From Erysipelotrichaceae bacterium (GTDB taxonomy: Bacteria; Bacillota_I; Bacilli_A; Erysipelotrichales; Coprobacillaceae): a stretch of 17,017 nucleotides of DNA. Positions 6,806 through 14,937 of the stretch are shown here, piece after piece. The position numbers and the translations under genes are program-made. The stretch lies in assembly GCA_028698185.1 (NCBI GenBank), contig JAQVDW010000034.1:1-17017 (forward strand), written 5' to 3'. Under the pieces are notes generated by a model that worked only from the letters and a program-made list of their open reading frames with translations, was not told the DNA's origin and did not search any database. The stretch's first letter is position 1. The number at the start of each line of letters is the position of its first letter.

Positions 6806-7539
6806 CAATGCTTGAACAATCCGTTTTTAGCCAGCTGTTCTTTGTTTTCAACCGGGATGACTGCCAGGGTGTTGACTCCAAGATGTCTCTCGATATCATC
6901 AGGTGTTTTGATGTTGTTGTTGAGCAAGTAGCGCGCCACAATGAATCCGGCTGCAATCATGAAACCGATCATTGCCCCGACAACCGTGTTTTTGGCTTTG
7001 CTTGGGCTGACAGGATTGTAATTGATTTCCGCTTTTTCGACAGTTGTCGGCTCATCGGATTGCATGATGTAGGCCATTTGGCTTGCTGTTTCCTGAGCGA
7101 CGGCGTTGGTCACATAAGAAGCGATTGCCGGGTCAGTGTAAGTCCCGGTGATTTTCAAAATCCGGGTATTGGCGCTGTTGGAAACCTCAATCATGGAACT
7201 CACCTCTTCCCTTGTCAAGGTGATTCCATAAGTGTTTTTGACATTGCTTATCGCACCGTCAATGACCGGTTTCGATGTCGCGATGATTGCGAAATCTTCA
7301 GTCAGCTCCGATCCTAGCTGCAAATCCGCCAGCGAAGTAACGCTGGTCGTCTTGGTCAGGATGTAGAGCATCGAATCAGAACGATACATCGGGTCAACCA
7401 TAAAGATGGTGTATCCCAAAGAAATGACCGCCACGAGTACGGTGCTTATGGCAATCAAAAGCCAGTTTTTCAACAAGACAAAGAAGAGTTCCTGCAAATC
7501 TATCTCAACTTCATCCAGATATTCATCATTTTCAATCAT
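6805..7539 (-). CDS. cpsC: Wzz/CpsC-type chain-length determinant (transmembrane modulator of the BY-kinase)
   Basis: It has two TM segments, LLIAISTVLVAVISLGYTIF and VVGAMIGFMIAAGFIVARYLL, flanking an extracellular loop. The Wzz N-terminal block is IDLQELFFVLLKNW. The C-terminal tail is IKTPDDIERHLGVNTLAVIP. An RBS GGGGAGA is present. Confidence 0.85.
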   Translation of the reverse strand: MIENDEYLDEVEIDLQELFFVLLKNWLLIAISTVLVAVISLGYTIFMVDPMYRSDSMLYILTKTTSVTSLADLQLGSELTEDFAIIATSKPVIDGAISNVKNTYGITLTREEVSSMIEVSNSANTRILKITGTYTDPAIASYVTNAVAQETASQMAYIMQSDEPTTVEKAEINYNPVSPSKAKNTVVGAMIGFMIAAGFIVARYLLNNNIKTPDDIERHLGVNTLAVIPVENKEQLAKNGLFKH

Positions 7540-7554
7540 TCAAAAATTTCTCCC

Positions 7555-8250
7555 CTAATCATTGTTTTTGTATTCATACTCATAATATTTGTAATACTTG
7601 CTGCCCCCATAGTATTTCGTATTATGAATATCGAACTTGCTTAAAACCACACCCAAAAAGTTTGGATTGGCTTTTTTCAATTGGCCGATCACATTTTTGA
7701 CATGTTTTGATGTTGTCGAATTCGAAGAAATGACCAACAGTGAACAGTCACAAACCTTGGCAACTATTGCCGCATCGATGACACTTCCCAACGGTGGGGT
7801 GTCGATAACGATATAGTCGAATTCCTTTTTCAGCCGGTTGAGCAGATCACCGAAGCGTTCTTTTGAAAGCAGTTCGGTCGGATTGGGCGGGAATTTCCCT
7901 GTTGTGATGACATATAGATTTTCAATGTCGCTAGTTGAGATTATCTCATTGATATTTGCAAGACCCGACAGATAATGTGAAAGTCCCATCACGGCATTGC
8001 GGCTTTGGCTGGTCGTCATGACCGACTTGCGCAGATCCGCATCAATGATCAATACCTTCTTGCCGCTTTGGGCAAAAGCATTGGCCAGGTTGAGGGTCGT
8101 AGCCGATTTGCCATCCTCGGGATTCGCGCTGCTAATGGCGATGACCCGATTGTCAATTCCGGTAAATTCTATATTCGTTCTTAATGTCCGGTAAGATTCG
8201 CGAATATGGAAATCATCGAGAATCCGATACTTCAATTTTAAACTAAACAC
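7555..8250 (-). CDS. cpsD: Bacterial tyrosine (BY) protein kinase, CpsD/CapB type
   Basis: Walker A is SSANPEDGKSAT, Walker A' is VLIIDADLRK and Walker B is IVIDTPP. The C-terminal tyrosine cluster is KYYGGSKYYKYYEYEYKNND. The start is GTG with AGGAG 9 nt upstream, overlapping the cpsB stop by 8 nt. Confidence 0.9.
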   Translation of the reverse strand: MFSLKLKYRILDDFHIRESYRTLRTNIEFTGIDNRVIAISSANPEDGKSATTLNLANAFAQSGKKVLIIDADLRKSVMTTSQSRNAVMGLSHYLSGLANINEIISTSDIENLYVITTGKFPPNPTELLSKERFGDLLNRLKKEFDYIVIDTPPLGSVIDAAIVAKVCDCSLLVISSNSTTSKHVKNVIGQLKKANPNFLGVVLSKFDIHNTKYYGGSKYYKYYEYEYKNND

Positions 8251-8962
8251 CTATTTTTTCTCCTTTGATAACTTTCTCCTGGTTTCTAATAAACAGATCC
8301 GCAGCCGTCTCTTTGCCGAAGCGTCGCGCAACCGATTTATAGGAACTCCCCAATGTAACTTTCCTTTTTTCATCATTATGGGCATCGCTTGCCACAAAAT
8401 GAACCAATCCCCTTTTGATCAGCTTATGGATGAATCTTTTCCTTGTGAACCCGTATTTCCCCAATATAAGGCTGGAATTGATTTGGATGTAAGCACCCAT
8501 CTTAACCAATGCATGTACCTGTTCAACCTTGCCGATAAACTGATATCGCTCAAGATGGGCGATAATGGGAATATATCCCGAACTGACAAAATCACGGATG
8601 GCACTCGCAATATCATTGAACTGGGCCAATACCGGGAACTCGACAAGCACGTAGTCGGTGCCGTTCATGGTCATGAATTCATCGTTGACCAGCCTGGCCA
8701 GCGCTTTTGATGAATACATGATTTCACAGCCTAGATAAAGCTTCAGATCAGGACTCACCTGAGCCGCCAGATCCTGCGCTTTTAAGAATCCCTGTTTGAC
8801 CTTGTCGAGATACGCTTCGCTCTGGTCATGTCGAAAGTGCGGCGTCACGATGATCTTGTCGACTCCCTCATTGGAGAACTGGTAAAGCATCCGCAGGGTC
8901 ATGTTTTCGTCCTTGGAACCGTCGTCAACACCGGGTAAAATATGACTATGGATATCAATCAT
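8243..8962 (-). CDS. cpsB: PHP-family protein-tyrosine phosphatase, CpsB/CapC type
   Basis: The N-terminus MIDIHSHILPGVDDGSKD is the CpsB signature. Later metal-binding blocks are VTPHF and ASDAHN. Confidence 0.9.
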   Translation of the reverse strand: MIDIHSHILPGVDDGSKDENMTLRMLYQFSNEGVDKIIVTPHFRHDQSEAYLDKVKQGFLKAQDLAAQVSPDLKLYLGCEIMYSSKALARLVNDEFMTMNGTDYVLVEFPVLAQFNDIASAIRDFVSSGYIPIIAHLERYQFIGKVEQVHALVKMGAYIQINSSLILGKYGFTRKRFIHKLIKRGLVHFVASDAHNDEKRKVTLGSSYKSVARRFGKETAADLFIRNQEKVIKGEKIGV

Positions 8963-8988
8963 TAAATCACCTTTTCTTTCTTCAAGTT

Positions 8989-9017
8989 AATATAACAAAT
9001 TTAGAAACAAAAGTCCA
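8989..9017 (-). promoter_or_regulatory. Candidate promoter for cpsB-cpsD-cpsC-LCP2-238aa
   Basis: The minus strand reads TGGACT (9012-9017), a 17-nt spacer, then TATATT (8989-8994) preceded by TGT (extended -10). It lies between the upstream terminator and the cpsB RBS (AAAAGGTG). Confidence 0.35.
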
Positions 9018-9070
9018 TAAACTTTACGAATTTGCGAGATATTTGTCCGTTTCAGCCAATGTTTTTTACA

Positions 9071-9102
9071 TAAAAAATGCGAGCAGGGTCGCTCGCATTT
9101 TT
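9071..9102 (-). terminator. Strong intrinsic terminator right after the large LCP gene (the hairpin is symmetric, so potentially bidirectional)
   Basis: There is a perfect 10-bp stem AAATGCGAGC / GCTCGCATTT (9075-9084 and 9091-9100) with a 6-nt loop. On the minus strand it is followed by a T-run (TTTTTTAT). It starts 2 nt after the stop codon at 9104-9106. Confidence 0.8.
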
Positions 9103-9103
9103 G

Positions 9104-10651
9104 TCAGTCACTCAATGAATTCGCGGCATTGTCTTCGACATAGGAACTGATATTGTCGAAGTTGACGCTGATCCCATTGCTTACCTTTTCGATGTTCTCA
9201 TTGGCCTGGTCGATTGAATCCTGATCTGGAATGGTAACATACAGATTGTAGCCTGGCATCGAGTAACATTCGGTCGAACGGTCCTCGGTACCTTCAAGGT
9301 ATTGGTGTTGGAGATTCCAAGCATCATTGTTTGCAAGCTGGGCCTTGATGATGTTGGTGATAAGGCCGGTCGGAATGTTCGTCTGGATTGCCGAAAGCGA
9401 CGCCTGAAGCAGCGACGAATAAGAAGTTATGATCGTCGGCGAAATAGCCTTGTCGATGATCGCGCTGATGATCCGCTGCTGGTTGGCAATCCGGTCGTTG
9501 TCTCCATTTACCAAAGTATGGCGCTCACGGCTGTAGAAAAGGGCCTGTTTGCCGTCGAGGTGGATGTTCCCGACTGGCATCTGGTATGTCCCGACCGCAG
9601 TGAAGGCTGTGGGATTGTAAAGATCGATTCCGCCAAGGGCATTGACAATGTCGATAAGCGAAGAGAAATTGAGACGGATGTAATAATCGATTTCCATTCC
9701 CATCAGGTCTTCAACCGTGCTCACACTTTCCTCGATGCCGTAGTTGCCCGCATGGGTCAGCTTGTCTTCGGCCTCTTTGGTGTGGAGTGTGACATAGTAG
9801 TCACGGGGAATTCCAGTCATCAAAATCTCATGGGTATCAAAATTGATCGTCAGGATCATGTTGACATCGGAACGGGCCACCGTCGTGATAGAACCGTAAG
9901 TGTCGATTCCTGAAACAAAAATATTCATAACATCGGGCACCTTTGTGCTCGATGGCGTCGTGTTGGCAGTTGTGCTGGTGTTTTCCACTTCTATTTCATA
10001 GGTGGCGATTACCCGAGTCTCATCCTGGTAGTCTTCATGAAGTCCCGACAGATAGATTTCATCCATGGTGTCCATCACGATGGCGGCGCTGTCACCGTTG
10101 TAAAGATTCTCAACCAGTGTCTGGAAATCCCCGGCGATCGAGGTGTCCAGCCCGTTGCTGGATTCAAGAATATTGATGTATTCAGCCACATATTCGGCAT
10201 TGTTGTTGGTGCAGAATTCGACTTCCTCGTATTGGAGGTCTTCAAGAGTCTGGAAATCCGAATCGGCCATGACCCGGACATTTATCGTATGGACGATGGT
10301 CGTATTTGTATTTGTCAACTGGTTCAAAGTGAGGTTACCTAGATAGACATAATAGTTGCCTAGAACCAGGACGATGCAGCTGAGCATTACCATAATCAGG
10401 GACATTTTCTCCCGAAGCAGCATTTTCCTCTTCAGTTTGTTGTTTCTCTTGGAGCGGACATATCTTGTCTGGGCATCCTTTTTTGGTCGTCTTTGCAAAA
10501 ACAGGGTGAACAGCCATAGAATTGTCAAGCCGCCAATCAACATCGCAGTGTACATTAGCGGCAGGAAGTTGAAGTTCATTATCAGTTTCACCAATAAAAC
10601 CGACAGTCCGGCCTGGATTACAAGCGCTACTCGTGACAGTATTTTTAGCAT
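9104..10651 (-). CDS. cpsA: Cps2A-like LCP protein (N-terminal TM region, accessory domain, LytR-CpsA-Psr phosphotransferase domain)
   Basis: Three predicted TM segments are separated by a very basic loop (RRPKKDAQTRYVRSKRNNKLKRK). LCP blocks are MNIFVSGIDT, VARSDVNMILTINFD, GIPRDYYV and QALFYSRERH. Confidence 0.85.
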   Translation of the reverse strand: MLKILSRVALVIQAGLSVLLVKLIMNFNFLPLMYTAMLIGGLTILWLFTLFLQRRPKKDAQTRYVRSKRNNKLKRKMLLREKMSLIMVMLSCIVLVLGNYYVYLGNLTLNQLTNTNTTIVHTINVRVMADSDFQTLEDLQYEEVEFCTNNNAEYVAEYINILESSNGLDTSIAGDFQTLVENLYNGDSAAIVMDTMDEIYLSGLHEDYQDETRVIATYEIEVENTSTTANTTPSSTKVPDVMNIFVSGIDTYGSITTVARSDVNMILTINFDTHEILMTGIPRDYYVTLHTKEAEDKLTHAGNYGIEESVSTVEDLMGMEIDYYIRLNFSSLIDIVNALGGIDLYNPTAFTAVGTYQMPVGNIHLDGKQALFYSRERHTLVNGDNDRIANQQRIISAIIDKAISPTIITSYSSLLQASLSAIQTNIPTGLITNIIKAQLANNDAWNLQHQYLEGTEDRSTECYSMPGYNLYVTIPDQDSIDQANENIEKVSNGISVNFDNISSYVEDNAANSLSD

Positions 10652-10698
10652 CAGCTACATCCTTTCAAAAATATTTTTTATAATCATCTCAATTCATT

Positions 10699-10727
10699 AT
10701 TATGAAGTTTTTTTAAATTGATGTCAA
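10699..10727 (-). promoter_or_regulatory. Promoter proximal to the LCP (cpsA-like) gene
   Basis: The minus strand reads TTGACA (10722-10727), a 17-nt spacer, then CATAAT (10699-10704), about 45 nt upstream of the ATG at 10651. Confidence 0.6.
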
Positions 10728-10771
10728 CCTATCAAATAAATTTAAGCCATTTTCGACAATTTACCACAATT

Positions 10772-10804
10772 AAAAAAGCCCGGAACCAATTCATAATTCC
10801 AAGC
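10772..10804 (-). terminator. Candidate intrinsic terminator or attenuator
   Basis: The minus-strand RNA reads GCUUGGA-(13 nt)-UCCGGGC followed by UUUUUU. The 7-bp stem includes two G-U pairs and can extend by A-U/U-G pairs. It lies downstream of both the LtaS-like gene and the consensus promoter at 10841-10868. Confidence 0.45.
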
Positions 10805-10840
10805 CTGTTTAAATTCATACTCATTTCCAGGGGGAGAAGG

Positions 10841-10868
10841 ATTATATCCGCCTTGGAAAATTTGTCAA
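10841..10868 (-). promoter_or_regulatory. Near-consensus SigA-type promoter with no ORF directly behind it
   Basis: The minus strand reads TTGACA (10863-10868), a 16-nt spacer, then TATAAT (10841-10846). The predicted TSS is near 10834, about 30 nt upstream of the hairpin at 10772-10804. Confidence 0.55.
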
Positions 10869-10923
10869 ACCGAAATCACCCACCACTTATTATTGTCTGG
10901 CAGTTGTGAATCAACGGATTTCG

Positions 10924-12402
10924 TTAATTGCCCCCATATAGCAGGTAGTTGTCATAGTAGTCGGACTTGTTGCAAATCTGTCCGGCAACGGTTCTTACTG
11001 ACAGTTCTTCCATCAAAGTGGGAACAGTTGAAAACAGGTTTGTCCCCAAGCCAAGCCGGTCCCCTTCGATAGTGGCACCCATTGCCGCCAGTGTGGTCGG
11101 GTACCAGTCCATATGTGAAAACGAACGATTTTTCATATTATCGGTGGTTACCGCCGGATTGATGATCGCGTTGTACGGAGTTCTTGTGTAGCCTTCGAGA
11201 TCGGACAGGTATTCCGAACTCATCGATACATGGTCACCTTTGATGACTATCGTCGTGTTGTCATAGAAATCCTGTTGCTGGATCCACTCGATGAAATCTG
11301 ACACTTGCTCGTCGGAAAAGTGGATCACGTTCGAGTACTGTTCATCATAGAGGTCCTGGCAACCTTCCTCGACCCAGCCCTCAGGCGAATGGGTGTTGAC
11401 GGTAAGCATGGTGAAGTTGAACGGTTCATCCTCGCTGGCCAGCTCCGCTAACCGGATTTTTGAAAACTCCAGAAGCTTTGTGTCTTCATAGCCCCAGAAC
11501 ACATGATAATCTTCAGGAATCCAGCCCCGTTCAATCGCATAATTGTAATCATCTATTTCGTAGTTGCCATGAGTCGTGTAATAGCTGCTTCTCCCGCCAA
11601 AATCCGCATCTGATCCGCACATGAATACCTGGTTGTATCCGTTTGCCTCAAGGACATTACCTATCGCATAGGCTCCTGGCAGGAAAGTGCCAAAACCGGT
11701 GTACGAATTCCCGTCGATAGGCAACGTCAGCGGAACCCCCGAACTCTGGGCAACCAATGAGCCGACCGTGAAGCCTGTTCCCCCTACCGTGTACTCACCC
11801 GCATTCAAATCGTTGGTCGAAAAAGAATAATTGTCCTGTTGCAGTTTCTCCAGGTTGGGAATCAGGCTATGTTCGAAAACGCCGCCGTTTTCAACCGATG
11901 TGAATGTGGATTCCATCGATTCCAGGACGATGTAGATCAGATTCCGCTTCTGCTGCGGGAAGTCGATCTTCACGCTTTGCGGATCGACATAGTAGTCTTC
12001 ATATATTGTCGACCTGTTTATTTGCGAATCGATATAGTCCATCAGAGATACCGCCTGAGCAGCATTGACCACATTGATCGAGCTCACGCCAACAAGCACG
12101 ATCAAGGCGGCTATCGAAGCCTTGATTCGTCGCTCCCGATTTTTAAGTTTGATTTTAAGATGTGACAGTCTCGCGACATAGAAATATATTATTGATATGA
12201 CCAGGCCGGCAATAAGCACCTGGATAATGAAGGAACTCACAATCGCCGGATCGGTGCCCTCAGCCGGAGCCTTCAATGTGAATATTATCCCCCGGATTCC
12301 GACACCGGAAAAATGATTGATGAACCAATAGGAACTCAACCCGGTAAAACTGATCAAATAAATGGCGATAAACACTGCAATATTCTTTAACTTCTTCCTC
12401 AT
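10924..12402 (-). CDS. LtaS/sulfatase-family (alkaline-phosphatase superfamily) membrane protein, putative phosphoglycerol or phospho-substituent transferase
   Basis: N-terminal TM segments are followed by an extracytoplasmic domain. Its blocks are NLIYIVLESMESTF, VGGTGFTVGSL (candidate Thr nucleophile), MLTVNTHSPEGW and IVIKGDHVS. The RBS AGGAG lies 8 nt upstream. Confidence 0.75.
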   Translation of the reverse strand: MRKKLKNIAVFIAIYLISFTGLSSYWFINHFSGVGIRGIIFTLKAPAEGTDPAIVSSFIIQVLIAGLVISIIYFYVARLSHLKIKLKNRERRIKASIAALIVLVGVSSINVVNAAQAVSLMDYIDSQINRSTIYEDYYVDPQSVKIDFPQQKRNLIYIVLESMESTFTSVENGGVFEHSLIPNLEKLQQDNYSFSTNDLNAGEYTVGGTGFTVGSLVAQSSGVPLTLPIDGNSYTGFGTFLPGAYAIGNVLEANGYNQVFMCGSDADFGGRSSYYTTHGNYEIDDYNYAIERGWIPEDYHVFWGYEDTKLLEFSKIRLAELASEDEPFNFTMLTVNTHSPEGWVEEGCQDLYDEQYSNVIHFSDEQVSDFIEWIQQQDFYDNTTIVIKGDHVSMSSEYLSDLEGYTRTPYNAIINPAVTTDNMKNRSFSHMDWYPTTLAAMGATIEGDRLGLGTNLFSTVPTLMEELSVRTVAGQICNKSDYYDNYLLYGGN

Positions 12403-12450
12403 AGCATGCTCCTAAAAAAAATTGTGATTAATTAAATTAACCTTACCATT

Positions 12451-12479
12451 ATAATATTGATTAAGACGGTCCATGTCAA
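12451..12479 (-). promoter_or_regulatory. Promoter of the LtaS-like gene
   Basis: The minus strand reads TTGACA (12474-12479), a 17-nt spacer, then TATTAT (12451-12456), about 45 nt upstream of the ATG at 12402. Confidence 0.55.
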
Positions 12480-12528
12480 ACAAAACTAAATTAACTTGAA
12501 ATAATCTTGTAAATTTCCATTTTTTATG

Positions 12529-12551
12529 TCACAAATTCGTCACATTTGTGA
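12529..12551. promoter_or_regulatory. Perfect 8-bp inverted repeat, a candidate operator in the divergent promoter region
   Basis: The sequence is TCACAAAT-TCGTCAC-ATTTGTGA. It lies between the LtaS-like promoter and the weak ugd promoter candidate TTATCA (12568-12573)-N17-TATACT (12591-12596). Confidence 0.4.
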
Positions 12552-12654
12552 TAAATACGTCTTTTTTTTATCATGTTATTGTGGTAAAGTTATACTGTTG
12601 TAAAAATCACGTTTTTTTTACCAAAGATAAGAATATACAAATGGAGATGAACTT

Positions 12655-13821
12655 ATGAAAATTGCAGTTTTTGGAACTGGTTATGTGGGATTGTCAATTG
12701 CGGTTTTGCTTGCGCAAAGAAACGAAGTGGTCGCAGTCGACATCATTGAAGATAAAGTCAATATGATCAACAACAGGATTTCACCGATTCGCGACGAAGA
12801 GATCGAGGAATATCTTAAAAACAAGGATTTGAATCTGACTGCGACGACCGACAAAGTGGCAGCCCTGGAAGATGCCAGCTATGTTGTCATCTCCACTCCG
12901 ACCAATTACGATGAAAAAATGAACTTCTTCGACACTTCTTCGGTCGAGGATGTCATCCTGTCTGTCAAGAAATACAATCCGGAAACGGTGATGGTGGTCA
13001 AGTCGACCGTTCCGGTGGGATTCATCGAAGACATGAAGGAAAAATACGATATCGACAATATTTTCTTCTCGCCTGAATTCCTGCGCGAAGGAAAAGCCCT
13101 TTATGACAACCTATACCCATCAAGAATCGTAGTCGGCGAAATATCCGACCGGGCTACGACGTTTGCGAACCTGCTCAAAGATGGAGCAATCAAAAAGGAC
13201 ATCGATATTCTTTTCACCAACAGCACCGAAGCCGAAGCGATCAAGCTTTTCGCCAACACCTACCTGGCGATGCGGGTTTCTTTCTTCAATGAATTGGATA
13301 CCTATGCCGAAATCCGCAACCTCAACACCAAACAGATAATCGATGGAATCGGCCTGGACCCAAGAATCGGTTCCCACTACAACAACCCTTCGTTTGGCTA
13401 TGGCGGTTACTGCCTGCCAAAGGACACCAAACAGCTTCTTGCCAACTACCAGGATGTGCCTCAGAACATGATTCAGGCTATCGTCGAATCGAACCGCACC
13501 CGCAAGGACCATATCGCCCAGATGATTGTCAACCGAAACCCTAAGATTGTCGGAATTTACCGCCTGACAATGAAGACCGGATCCGACAATTTCAGACAAT
13601 CGGCCATCCAAGGGATAATGAAACGCATCAAAGGAAAAGGAATCGAAGTCGTCGTATACGAACCAGCCCTTCATGAAGATGCTTTCTACAATTCCAGAGT
13701 GATCAAGGATTTTGAAGAGTTCAAACGAATCTGTGACGTCATTGTCGTCAACCGGATGACTGACGAGCTCGAAGACGTCAAAGAAAAAATATATACACGT
13801 GACCTGTTCACCCGCGACTAA
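12655..13821 (+). CDS. ugd: UDP-glucose 6-dehydrogenase
   Basis: It is 388 aa. The N-terminal Rossmann motif is [28 protein letters not shown]...RISPI. The catalytic Cys block is [14 protein letters not shown]. It appears collinear with Ugd of enterobacteria. The RBS GGAGA lies about 7 nt upstream. Confidence 0.9.
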   Translation: MKIAVFGTGYVGLSIAVLLAQRNEVVAVDIIEDKVNMINNRISPIRDEEIEEYLKNKDLNLTATTDKVAALEDASYVVISTPTNYDEKMNFFDTSSVEDVILSVKKYNPETVMVVKSTVPVGFIEDMKEKYDIDNIFFSPEFLREGKALYDNLYPSRIVVGEISDRATTFANLLKDGAIKKDIDILFTNSTEAEAIKLFANTYLAMRVSFFNELDTYAEIRNLNTKQIIDGIGLDPRIGSHYNNPSFGYGGYCLPKDTKQLLANYQDVPQNMIQAIVESNRTRKDHIAQMIVNRNPKIVGIYRLTMKTGSDNFRQSAIQGIMKRIKGKGIEVVVYEPALHEDAFYNSRVIKDFEEFKRICDVIVVNRMTDELEDVKEKIYTRDLFTRD

Positions 13822-13833
13822 CGGCTTTTATTG

Positions 13834-13873
13834 CCCGGAGTTCCCATTGTCATAATGGCGACCCCGGGTTTTT
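13834..13873 (+). terminator. Terminator of ugd
   Basis: An imperfect long hairpin has an outer stem CCCGG...CCGGG and an inner stem CCATT-GTCAT-AATGG. It is followed by TTTTT at 13869-13873. Confidence 0.55.
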
Positions 13874-13909
13874 CATTGCCATTTCATCAATACCGTCCTT
13901 TACAGCCAT

Positions 13910-13936
13910 AAAAAAAGCCCTTTGCAATCAAAGAGC
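13910..13936 (-). terminator. Terminator of the GT2-gmd-rmd transcription unit
   Basis: The minus-strand RNA reads GCUCUUUG-AUUG-CAAAGGGC (8 bp with one G-U pair) followed by U7. It lies 37 nt after the rmd stop codon. Confidence 0.7.
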
Positions 13937-13973
13937 CCTTGTAAATCTAAGTTTGTAATTGTCATGCCATCCT

Positions 13974-14918
13974 TTATTCGACGGTCTTGCGGAAATAGTC
14001 CAATGTCTCCTGGATTGTCGAATCAAGCTCTATTTCCGGTTGCCAATCGATTGTTTTTTGCAACTTGGAAATGTCCGCCTCGATGATTGGCACATCGACC
14101 GGACGAAACTTCGACTTGTCGATGTTGACGTCGATCTTCGCTTTTGCATGTTTGAGGATTGTTTGCAGGATTTCGTCGACCATGATTGCCTTGCCGCTGC
14201 CCACATTGTACGTCTGACCCTTGTGCGCCCTGTCCATCAACATGACGTAGGCCCGCACCACATCGCGGACATCGGTGAAATCCCGTTTGGCTGAAAGGTT
14301 GCCGACGTTGATTGTCGGATCCTGCAGACCTTTTTCGATTTTTACTGCCTGATGACAGAAATCAGCCACCACAAATAACGGTTTCTGGTTAGGACCGATA
14401 TGGTTGAAGGCCCGGACCGATATTATATCCAGGTCATAGGCATCACTGTATATCTTGCCAAGCATGTTTGAGCAGGCCTTGGTCGCGGCATAGATGTTGC
14501 CCGGCCGAGTGTTGTTATCCTCATTGATCGGTACCTCATTTGGCTTGATGTGGCCGTACTCCTCGCCTGATCCGATTAGAAGGACGCGGGGTTTGTAGTC
14601 AAGACCCTTGAGCGCCTCGAGGATGTTCAAGGTGCCGTTGATATTGATATCAACAGTCAGTTTGGGATTTTTCCAAGACAAACCCACTGATGATTGGGCT
14701 GCTAGATGGAAGATCCAGTCCGGCCTGATTTTTTCCAGGGTTCCTGCCACCATGTCTTTGTCGAGAATATCGAGGTCGATGACTTTCGCTCCCGGGTGGT
14801 CATAGCTTTCATGTGCGAGTTTAGACACATAGACTTCCATCCCCGGATTGCTTTTGTGAAGCGCCTCTTCCAGATACGGACCGACAAATCCAGCCCCACC
14901 AATGATTAATGATTTCAT
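13974..14918 (-). CDS. rmd: GDP-4-dehydro-6-deoxy-D-mannose reductase (Rmd-like SDR; a GDP-6-deoxy-D-talose-forming variant is not excluded)
   Basis: The N-terminus is MKSLIIGGAGFVGPYL, with the YxxxK motif as YAATKAC. The segment VRAFNHIGPNQKPLFVVADFCHQAVKIEKGLQDPTINVGNLSAKRDFTDVRDVVRAYVMLM resembles, from my memory of that sequence, Pseudomonas Rmd (ARPFNHIGPGQKDSFVIASAARQI...LEVGDIDVSRDFLDVQDV). It lies immediately downstream of gmd. Confidence 0.7.
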   Translation of the reverse strand: MKSLIIGGAGFVGPYLEEALHKSNPGMEVYVSKLAHESYDHPGAKVIDLDILDKDMVAGTLEKIRPDWIFHLAAQSSVGLSWKNPKLTVDININGTLNILEALKGLDYKPRVLLIGSGEEYGHIKPNEVPINEDNNTRPGNIYAATKACSNMLGKIYSDAYDLDIISVRAFNHIGPNQKPLFVVADFCHQAVKIEKGLQDPTINVGNLSAKRDFTDVRDVVRAYVMLMDRAHKGQTYNVGSGKAIMVDEILQTILKHAKAKIDVNIDKSKFRPVDVPIIEADISKLQKTIDWQPEIELDSTIQETLDYFRKTVE

Positions 14919-14937
14919 CTTGTTCTCCTTTTGCGAA

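Noticed and set aside
10728-10820. A 30-codon minus-strand ORF (MSMNLNRLGIMNWFRAFLIVVNCRKWLKFI) inside the mini transcription unit
   Set aside because: There is no usable RBS (only GGA, 2 nt from the ATG). It also reads straight through the terminator hairpin and U-tract. I treat it as non-coding unless ribosome profiling says otherwise.
12529-12551. The TCACA/TGTGA palindrome as a CRP/FNR-type site
   Set aside because: The orientation and spacing are wrong. It is TCACA...TGTGA with 13 nt between the pentamers, whereas CRP-type sites are TGTGA-N6-TCACA. I keep it only as a generic operator candidate.
13974-14918. Calling the gmd-adjacent SDR a GDP-L-fucose synthase (fcl)
   Set aside because: The motif spacing and the NHIGPxQ...RDFxDVRDV segment match my recollection of Rmd-type reductases better. 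The call stays provisional and Tld-type activity cannot be excluded.
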